DNA of 26,059 bases from positions 1 through 26,059 of IMG/VR virus record IMGVR_UViG_3300042940_001159; one strand, given 5' to 3'. Below, one piece after another: positions 1 through 6,874 of this stretch (position 1 is the stretch's first letter; each line of letters begins with the position of its first letter). Made by a program: the position numbers and the translations under genes. Below the pieces are notes generated by a model. The model made no database searches and was not told where the DNA came from. It saw only the letters and a list, made by a program, of their open reading frames with translations. The stretch is from a virus (lineage: Duplodnaviria > Caudoviricetes).

Positions 1-1083
1 CATCCGCAGGACGCCGAAGACGTACGAAAGATCGAGAATGACGGCTTCGACGCGGGCGACGAAGAAGACGATGGAGGTACCGGTAAAGACTCAGCCATCA
101 CCAACCGTGCGAACTATCGTTTCTGGATCGCTGTACACATTGACAAGCTCTTCACTACATACAAACATACGCCATATCATGTTCGCACCGAGCCTCTCTG
201 GCACGCAGGATTCCCAGACTCCACATACCTCTACTTAGACATCGAGTCACACCCGCCGTCCGACACCTTGCAGTGTATCTCCGTAGCCTTCGACACCGGC
301 TCAGTGTTCGCACAAACTATCTACGACTACAAAGGTAACCTCACGCCCGACGCCATTCGTTCTATGGTCTGGCTTGTCCGTGCACTGAAACGCTACACAG
401 TCGTAATCCACAATGCGAACTTTGATCTGCCTTTCCTTGCAATGTTCCACTCCATCACCCATGGACAGAACATCCAAGACACTATGCTTATCTGGCACCG
501 TATGTTCCCGGAAGCCGATAAGTCCCTTGCGCACGTAATCCAAGCACTGACGAACCTACCTTACCACAAGGACGAAGCCGGTACGTTTACGCCGCATAAC
601 TTTCAGCAACAGGCTCAGCTTCTTGCGTACAATGCCCGTGACGTTTACGCTTTGCGCGAAGTACACAAGGCAATGCTACCACTTAATCCTTCTGCTCTCT
701 CTGTCTGTGAATCAATCGCTGACTATATCTTCACAGGACTCGTAGGCTTCTACATTAACAACGCTAAGCTCCTCGCACATAAGCTCCGACTGCGCCGCGA
801 ACTCGATCAGCTTACCCGTGTGTTCCGTATCCTAACAGGAGATCCAAACTTCAACCCTAACTCCGGTAAGCAGGTAGGCTCTTGGCTATACGAAGGTCTA
901 CTGTATCCTGTCCGTGATACCACAGACTCTGGCGCACCTGCCACCGACGCAACCACTCTTTACAAACTTCTCGCAGATCATCCAAAGAATGTAGCGCTAC
1001 AGTTCCTACTTGAAATCAAGGAGACCTCTAAGCGTCTATCTTCTCTCGGATACGAACCATTCATTCAACCTAAAGCACGATGA
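1..1083 (+). CDS. polA: Family A DNA polymerase, N-terminal part (3'-5' exonuclease + thumb); 5'-truncated by the window
   Basis: Frame 1 is open from base 1 (HPQDAEDVRK...), upstream of the track's TTG at 268. Motifs: ExoI LYLDIES (about 229-249), ExoII HNANFD, ExoIII YNARDV; thumb motifs FNPNSGKQV, ATDATTL, LLEIKETSKRLS. Confidence 0.9.
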   Translation, partial: HPQDAEDVRKIENDGFDAGDEEDDGGTGKDSAITNRANYRFWIAVHIDKLFTTYKHTPYHVRTEPLWHAGFPDSTYLYLDIESHPPSDTLQCISVAFDTGSVFAQTIYDYKGNLTPDAIRSMVWLVRALKRYTVVIHNANFDLPFLAMFHSITHGQNIQDTMLIWHRMFPEADKSLAHVIQALTNLPYHKDEAGTFTPHNFQQQAQLLAYNARDVYALREVHKAMLPLNPSALSVCESIADYIFTGLVGFYINNAKLLAHKLRLRRELDQLTRVFRILTGDPNFNPNSGKQVGSWLYEGLLYPVRDTTDSGAPATDATTLYKLLADHPKNVALQFLLEIKETSKRLSSLGYEPFIQPKAR

Positions 1084-1877
1084 TAAAACAAGAGAAAAAC
1101 GAATCGGTCGCACGGTCTATTATGCGACCTGTGGAGATTTCTGCAGAAGACGCACGCGTCTACGAGGATAATCCTCGCTGGGAATCCTATCCTAAGCTTA
1201 ACGGTGTCTTTGCTCGCTGGGATCCTTCGCGCAAGAAGTTCTTTTCTAAACGTGGCATAGCTTTCAAGGAACACCTAATTCCAGAACTGTACCGCAAGTA
1301 CAGCATCTTCAAGCATGCTTTTGACGGAGAGATCTGGGCACCAAGGATTACTCTCCAGCAGATATGCGGCGCACTATCACACGAACGTGACGAACCTGCG
1401 CCTTATCATAAGCACCTAATGTATGTCCCTTTTGACGCACCGTACTTTGGTGGCCCGTGGACAAACAGAGCAAGGTTTTTGTGCGCGCATCCTGAGCCTA
1501 CGATTATCGGAGGCTGGCTTGTGATGGGCAGTGGTTTCATAGACAATGAGAACTGCGATGGCAAAGTCTTCCGTTACTCTCCAGGCATCTACCAATCCGG
1601 CGAATCAGGCAACGTCCTAAAGTACAAGTTCTGGAAAGACTGTGAACTCGATGTCCTTCGTGCAGAACGCGGCACACCCACCTCTTCCTACCACGACGTA
1701 CTCGGCAATCTAGTCTGCCGTTTCAACAACACCACAGTCTCCGTAGGCTCTGGCTTCTCTTTCGAAGAACGTGCAGAGTTCATACACAATCCTCCTAAGC
1801 GCATTAAAATCAAATACCTTTCTCTATCACCTGATGGAATCCCATTGAATCCATCTTACATTGGTCTTGACCTCTAG
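1080..1877 (+). CDS. Minimal ATP-dependent DNA ligase
   Basis: Motif I PKLNG (KxDG variant), III FDGEI, IIIa PFD, IV DGKVFR, V LKYK; OB domain with VGSGFSFEER and IKYLSLSPDGIP. ATGA overlap with the upstream gene. Confidence 0.85.
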   Translation: MIKQEKNESVARSIMRPVEISAEDARVYEDNPRWESYPKLNGVFARWDPSRKKFFSKRGIAFKEHLIPELYRKYSIFKHAFDGEIWAPRITLQQICGALSHERDEPAPYHKHLMYVPFDAPYFGGPWTNRARFLCAHPEPTIIGGWLVMGSGFIDNENCDGKVFRYSPGIYQSGESGNVLKYKFWKDCELDVLRAERGTPTSSYHDVLGNLVCRFNNTTVSVGSGFSFEERAEFIHNPPKRIKIKYLSLSPDGIPLNPSYIGLDL

Positions 1878-1905
1878 GCATAACGATAGCTTACATTAGA
1901 ATCCT

Positions 1906-2418
1906 ATGACATGGAAAGAATTCACGGCAGCAACAGAGAAGTTTGAACTGACCAGAAATGATGCGCGATCTTTGCGCTTCACACACGCCTATCTTGGCTA
2001 CTGTTCTGAGTTTGGCGAACTGGAGACCGCAGTTGATACCAACAATCTCCCAAACATTAAGGAGGAGCTTGGCGATCAGTTCTGGTACATTGCTATCTTG
2101 TCGCGCCTCACTGACCACGAACCGGACCTGTCAGCCGAAGGTGGTGTTAGTCAGGCAGAAGGCGCCAACCTAGCCAAGCGTTGGCTTATCGGTAACAAGA
2201 CACCTAGCGAGGCAGCTATCAATGCACTGGCAGACACTATGTTCAAGAACAGTGTGCGGGTGGCTATGTATTTCAAGATTCCTATCGAGGAAATCTACGA
2301 AGCTAACATCGCTAAACTTACTGCTCGTTCTGCCGGAGCTACTAAGTCCTATGCAGAAACTCTCGAAGAAGCCGACCGTGACCGTGCCGCTGAGGCAAAG
2401 ATTATGGAGGGCAAGTGA
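1906..2418 (+). CDS. MazG-like nucleoside triphosphate pyrophosphohydrolase
   Basis: LGYCSEFGEL...IKEELGDQFWY (ExxE...ExxD) and the C-terminal IEEIYEANIAKLTAR typical of phage MazG-like proteins. Confidence 0.82.
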   Translation: MTWKEFTAATEKFELTRNDARSLRFTHAYLGYCSEFGELETAVDTNNLPNIKEELGDQFWYIAILSRLTDHEPDLSAEGGVSQAEGANLAKRWLIGNKTPSEAAINALADTMFKNSVRVAMYFKIPIEEIYEANIAKLTARSAGATKSYAETLEEADRDRAAEAKIMEGK

Positions 2419-2675
2419 ACCTAATGCCTAAACAAATAGCCTATGTAATCTTACTCAATAAAGATGGCTTTGTTAAGCTACATAAATGCGTGTATGAAGG
2501 TGACGAACCGCCTTATGCTATAATGCATGTCCGACGACCTGAACGAATCTTTGCGTCGTACTATAATGAGCCTTTCAATTTTCGCAAGACTATACAAGTC
2601 TCAGCAGATGAAGTTCAACGCAAATACGGTTTGTTGATTCGCGCACATTGGACTTGGTTATACGAGGAATCCTAA
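2415..2675 (+). CDS. Hypothetical protein (86 aa; start could be ATG 2424)
   Basis: Fills the gap exactly: GTGA overlap with the upstream stop and a TAA-T-ATG junction downstream. Confidence 0.65.
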   Translation: MNLMPKQIAYVILLNKDGFVKLHKCVYEGDEPPYAIMHVRRPERIFASYYNEPFNFRKTIQVSADEVQRKYGLLIRAHWTWLYEES

Positions 2676-2676
2676 T

Positions 2677-2862
2677 ATGCCCACACGTACACAACTCGTT
2701 TTCGGCTGGGACCTACCTCCCGGCTGCACCCACAAAGACATAGAGAAACACTTCGGCGACAAACCACAGCCTCCACTCTGTAAGATGTGTGAGAAGAACG
2801 AAATCAGTGAAACCTTAGACGGAGAGGGAATATGTCAGAGATGCCTAGCGAACGCAGAGTAA
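2677..2862 (+). CDS. Small putative zinc-binding phage protein
   Basis: GWDLPPGCT N-terminal motif, plus CKMC...CQRC; TAA-T-ATG junctions on both sides. Confidence 0.72.
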   Translation: MPTRTQLVFGWDLPPGCTHKDIEKHFGDKPQPPLCKMCEKNEISETLDGEGICQRCLANAE

Positions 2863-2863
2863 T

Positions 2864-3838
2864 ATGATCCCACGCCTTCGAGCAATCACCTGCTACAAAC
2901 AAGCAGGTACCCGTTCATTCCGCCTGTCAGCTACCCAATACTTCGGTAGCTATGGACTGAACCTACAGAACCCGGACAAACAAACCCTCGATCACCTCGA
3001 AGCGCCGCCAGACCATGTCATTGTACAGGCTGACCAATCTGGCGCCGAGGCCCTTATCGTAGCGTACCTATCGCGCCCGGGCCGCTATCGCGCACTGTTC
3101 GAGAACGGTGTAAAGCCACACACCTATCTGGCTATGCACCTGTTCCCTGAACTGTTTAACCTACTTCCGAACTCTCCGTTCCTCAACGAAGAGCCTGCCG
3201 AGTTCGTTAAACATCCTGACTGGCCACGCTTACATAAACTTGTCAAATCCTCTGGTAAACCTTATGACATCGGTAAACGCACAGCACATGGTTCGTCCTA
3301 TAAAATGGGTCCGCGTACATTTAGGAATGCTAACCTTAAACAATCGAAAGGAAAGCTCAAGCTTACGCTTCGGGAATGCGAACTCTTTCTCCATAAGTTC
3401 AAGATCCTGTTTCCTGAAGTCGTCGAATGGCAGGATGAGATTGAATACCGTATCCGTTCCGAACGCAGGTTGGTTAATCTTCTAGGCTACGAACGACATT
3501 TCCTGAGAGGCATAAATGATTCATATATCCGCGAAGGTATATCTTGGATACCTCAGTCAACGGTTGGCTGCATTACCCACCAAACAATCCGTAAAGCCAG
3601 AGCGGCAGGATACTGTACCTGTTCGAATAAACACGACTCCGCCGCGGTCCTCGTTCATAAACGAGACGCAGGCACAGCAGGTGCTTTCATACAAAATGCG
3701 ATGAAGGTTACCATGCGCGGACACGACTGTGACTTCACGATGAACTCGGAGGTACAGATCGGACGTAACTGGGGCGCATATGGAAACGAGAATCCTGAAG
3801 GTATGCGCGACATGGCTGAATGGTTGAAGAATAATTGA
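2864..3838 (+). CDS. polA: Family A DNA polymerase, C-terminal part (palm + fingers)
   Basis: GTRSFRLSA...NLQNP (equivalent to TGRLSS...NLQNIP), motif A ADQSGAEALIVAYLS, motif B KRTAHGSSYKMG, IPQST, motif C KHDS, terminal IGRNWG. Confidence 0.92.
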   Translation: MIPRLRAITCYKQAGTRSFRLSATQYFGSYGLNLQNPDKQTLDHLEAPPDHVIVQADQSGAEALIVAYLSRPGRYRALFENGVKPHTYLAMHLFPELFNLLPNSPFLNEEPAEFVKHPDWPRLHKLVKSSGKPYDIGKRTAHGSSYKMGPRTFRNANLKQSKGKLKLTLRECELFLHKFKILFPEVVEWQDEIEYRIRSERRLVNLLGYERHFLRGINDSYIREGISWIPQSTVGCITHQTIRKARAAGYCTCSNKHDSAAVLVHKRDAGTAGAFIQNAMKVTMRGHDCDFTMNSEVQIGRNWGAYGNENPEGMRDMAEWLKNN

Positions 3839-3839
3839 T

Positions 3840-4265
3840 ATGCAAACGTTTTTTCCTTTCAGTGATGCTAAGACATCACTTGGTGTACTAGACACGAGGC
3901 GACTGGGTAAGCAACGTGTAGAAGGTTATCAGATTCTACGCACATTGCAAGGCTATTCTAATGGTTGGAAAGATCATCCAGCAGTTAAGATGTGGCGTGG
4001 ATATGAACCTGAACTGCTGGATTACACACTTACAGCTTGTGAAATCTGGGCAGCAAAGAACTTTACCGATACAATCAGTGACAAGTTATTTGAAGAGTTC
4101 CCTGAACTCGTAGAGATTGGGCATACGAAACTAGTCTACCCTTCGTGGTGTTACAACCAAGACGTCCTCGACTCCCACAAGGCAATGCTCTATCATAAGG
4201 ACCCAGCCCACTACGCACTGTTTGCTCCTTATTCGCACATCACTGCCTACGTCTGGCCAGTCTAA
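3840..4265 (+). CDS. Pyrimidine dimer DNA glycosylase-like protein (DenV/MSMEG_6728-type)
   Basis: MQTFFP...LDTRRLGKQRVEGYQIL...HPAVKMWRGYE...SHKAMLYHKDPAHY...YVWP matches this family closely. Confidence 0.85.
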   Translation: MQTFFPFSDAKTSLGVLDTRRLGKQRVEGYQILRTLQGYSNGWKDHPAVKMWRGYEPELLDYTLTACEIWAAKNFTDTISDKLFEEFPELVEIGHTKLVYPSWCYNQDVLDSHKAMLYHKDPAHYALFAPYSHITAYVWPV

Positions 4266-4268
4266 CCC

Positions 4269-4484
4269 ATGACACCAAGAATCCAGACTGTAATATTGTC
4301 AGCCCGTCAGGCTTTTACTTCGCAGTTCGGCCGTGAGCCTAATACTATCTTGGTGTCTTCAAACGGAGAGATGGCCCTTAACGAACTGCGAGTAAAGCCC
4401 GGCGGCACCTACATGAATATGATTGTCGTCTCTGCTGAGATTGTAGACGACGCTACTGTAGCCCTACTCCTCAAGCCCCAATGA
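4269..4484 (+). CDS. Hypothetical protein (71 aa)
   Basis: Fits between its neighbours with an ATGA overlap downstream; contains FGREPNTILVS. Confidence 0.65.
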   Translation: MTPRIQTVILSARQAFTSQFGREPNTILVSSNGEMALNELRVKPGGTYMNMIVVSAEIVDDATVALLLKPQ

Positions 4485-5680
4485 CGAACTATGAACTCTG
4501 GCGCATCTACACCTCACGGTTACACAGCCCAAAACAATTCCTCGATGCTGCCTTCTACTACATGGTCGGCGCAGCTATGGAGCGACGTGTCTGGCTTGGT
4601 TCTGGCCATGCTTCTGTTTTCCCTAACCAATACGTGCTCCTGTGTGCCAAGGCAGGCGTTGGCAAAGGGCTCGCCACAGGTGCAGCAAAGACAATCCTTA
4701 ATGCCGTTAAGGACCCAAAGTACCCCGACAAACCATTTCTTTCTACCGGTCCAGACTCCGGCTCGTACGAGAAACTAGCACACAAGCTGGCGGACAACGT
4801 AAGGACAACCTATCAAGGAAGCACTTACATCACACCAGCTAAAGAACAACCATATGCCTATTCGTGTATCCGAATGGAACTCGATGAGTTTATCTCATTC
4901 TTCCATAAGGAAGCCACGAACGCCGTTAAGTTCTTCTGTTCCATGTGGACAGGAACAGATTACAACCGCGACACCTTCTCACACGGAGAAAAAGCCTTGG
5001 CCAACCCGCTTCTCTCCTTCATCGCAGGCTGTACTCCCGACGATGTAAGAACGCTTAGAAAATACGACGTTGTCGGCACTGGACTTGATCGACGACTGAT
5101 CGTAGTCTACGCAGAGAAGAATGAGTTCGAACAATTCCTTATCCCAGAAGCTTCTAAGGAAGCAATAGAAGCAGCAATGCTTCTTGCACAACATGTAAAG
5201 AAGCTTACTGAAATCTGCGGTAAGGTATCATTTACGCCAGAAGCTAAAGCCTTAGGACAAGCTTACTGGATTGACAAGAACAAGACGAACGTAAACCATC
5301 ATTCGATCTGTGAATCTTACAATGACAACAAACAACCACAGTGGCAGAAGTATGCCATTGCTATGCACTTTGCGGAAGGTGAACCAGCAGAGAAGTTGGT
5401 AACTCCTATTTCTGCAGAGACACTGGAAGCAGCTATTAGACAGCTACATTCCTACGAGATGCTAAGGCATTTCGCTTACGAGCAGTCTGCGCCGAACATG
5501 ATTTCTGTGGCTGCTGGCGGTATCTTGAATTACATAAGGAAACGCGGAACAGTAGACCAGAAAGAACTTATCCCTCATTTCTTTGCAGACTGGGAAATGA
5601 AACAGATAGACGAAGCATTGGAATATCTAGAACTTTCAGGAAGAATCAAACAAGACGGTACTAAATTCAGTATTATATGA
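4481..5680 (+). CDS. P-loop ATPase / probable replicative helicase (DUF3987-like) with C-terminal winged helix
   Basis: PNQYVLL-CAKAGVGKG (Walker A-like), MELDEF (Walker B), LSFIAGCTP, GLDRRLIVVY (Arg finger-like); wHTH-like end IDEALEYLELSGRI. Confidence 0.7.
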   Translation: MTNYELWRIYTSRLHSPKQFLDAAFYYMVGAAMERRVWLGSGHASVFPNQYVLLCAKAGVGKGLATGAAKTILNAVKDPKYPDKPFLSTGPDSGSYEKLAHKLADNVRTTYQGSTYITPAKEQPYAYSCIRMELDEFISFFHKEATNAVKFFCSMWTGTDYNRDTFSHGEKALANPLLSFIAGCTPDDVRTLRKYDVVGTGLDRRLIVVYAEKNEFEQFLIPEASKEAIEAAMLLAQHVKKLTEICGKVSFTPEAKALGQAYWIDKNKTNVNHHSICESYNDNKQPQWQKYAIAMHFAEGEPAEKLVTPISAETLEAAIRQLHSYEMLRHFAYEQSAPNMISVAAGGILNYIRKRGTVDQKELIPHFFADWEMKQIDEALEYLELSGRIKQDGTKFSII

Positions 5681-6189
5681 ACGATGCACAAGTAAGAGAG
5701 AACGTGTTAGACGAAGCGAAGAAGTGTGTGTTGCATGATCGCAACTCGACGTATGGTAAGCCGGAGGATAACTTCCGGAGGATTGCTGAACTGTGGACAG
5801 CTTACCTAGGCATCCGGCCTAAGGATGTTGGTGCGCCTATCACACCCACGGACGTAGCGCAGATGATGCTGCTTATGAAAGTGGCACGACTGGCTCACAA
5901 TCCTACGCACAAGGATTCTTGGGTTGATGGGATTGGTTATCTTGCGTGTGGTGCAGGGATTGAGTTGGGCGAGGAGCAAAAAGGTCACGGCTACAACGAT
6001 AATATCAAGGAAGCCGTCGGACCCACAGGCGCTACTACCATTATGTATTCAGGACCAAGCCTTAGCGGTAAAGGACTGGTCACACAGATAGCACAAGAAG
6101 CTATCTTCCGAGCAGAGACACAAGAGAAACTCAGCCAATACCAAAAAGCATGTCCAACACAGTCCTCATCATCTGTTTTGCCATCCTAA
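5677..6189 (+). CDS. DUF6378-like phage protein
   Basis: DRNSTYGKPEDNFRRIAELWTAYL...DVAQMMLLMKVAR...HKDSWVDGIGY. Confidence 0.8.
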   Translation: MNDAQVRENVLDEAKKCVLHDRNSTYGKPEDNFRRIAELWTAYLGIRPKDVGAPITPTDVAQMMLLMKVARLAHNPTHKDSWVDGIGYLACGAGIELGEEQKGHGYNDNIKEAVGPTGATTIMYSGPSLSGKGLVTQIAQEAIFRAETQEKLSQYQKACPTQSSSSVLPS

Positions 6190-6278
6190 TCGCACCTACT
6201 TTCACCATCATCGGAACACTCATCGGTTACTACATCCATAAGAAAGGTATCAATAATGAAAACGACAGAATTGATTAG
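6150..6278 (+). CDS. Small single-pass membrane protein (42 aa, absent from the ORF track)
   Basis: Manual translation: MSNTVLIICFAILIAPTFTIIGTLIGYYIHKKGINNENDRID*. Hydrophobic stretch followed by HKK; spans the 6190-6255 gap. Confidence 0.6.
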   Translation: MSNTVLIICFAILIAPTFTIIGTLIGYYIHKKGINNENDRID

Positions 6279-6816
6279 CAGAGTTAAGGAAGCCAATAAC
6301 GTCACAATCTTGTCTGTCCGTGGTTTGCCTATCGGATGGGACAGCATGCGTGACTTGGGGCACACGCTGTACACGTTGATTGCCATGGTCAAGGAAGACT
6401 CTGGTATCTATCGACTGTTCGAGAAGGCCGATGGCGCACTGGTCCTCGCGCCTACTGATTGTGCAGACATCGTTGGCCCACACAAGATCAGCCATCCTCT
6501 CGAATTCGACAGCTTCGGAGAACTCCAGAACTGGTCTGCTGTTTCGGAAGAAGACGCTACTGCACTTCTAACAAAGGCTCCTGTTGAACCTGCACAGGAA
6601 GAGCCGGGTGTTGACCTGTTCAAGCAGGTGTTCAACGCGATTGGAAAAGCCTACGACGACTATTACCTCAGCGAAATTAACGAAGAGTTTGCGCAGTTCA
6701 GAAGCAATGACAATGTAGACTTCTACGTCGATATCATTTTTGATAAGGGATTTGTTCAGGTTGGTAAAGGTAGGACCTGCGAGCCTCCGCGCAAGTTGAA
6801 GATCACGCTCGCCTAA
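6256..6816 (+). CDS. Hypothetical protein (186 aa, acidic)
   Basis: ATG preceded by AGAAAGG; last gene before the terminator. Confidence 0.75.
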   Translation: MKTTELISRVKEANNVTILSVRGLPIGWDSMRDLGHTLYTLIAMVKEDSGIYRLFEKADGALVLAPTDCADIVGPHKISHPLEFDSFGELQNWSAVSEEDATALLTKAPVEPAQEEPGVDLFKQVFNAIGKAYDDYYLSEINEEFAQFRSNDNVDFYVDIIFDKGFVQVGKGRTCEPPRKLKITLA

Positions 6817-6829
6817 TCCCACAAACAAC

Positions 6830-6858
6830 AAGGCCCACTCGAAAGAGTGGGCCTTTTT
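6830..6858. terminator. Bidirectional rho-independent terminator
   Basis: AAGGCCCACTC-GAAA-GAGTGGGCCTT perfect 11-bp stem. T-run follows on +, and TTGTTGTTTGT follows on -. Lies between convergent stops at 6816 and 6875. Confidence 0.9.
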
Positions 6859-6874
6859 CGTTACTTAGATTCGT

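Noticed and set aside
38-238. 66-aa ORF in frame 2
   Set aside because: Overlaps the open frame-1 polymerase sequence, which continues into the ExoI motif.
1084-2863. Intron, intein or mobile insertion as the cause of the polymerase split
   Set aside because: The gap holds ordinary coupled genes. I found no homing endonuclease, transposase or terminal repeats, and no intein N-terminal Cys/Ser block or C-terminal HN motif at the ends of either half.
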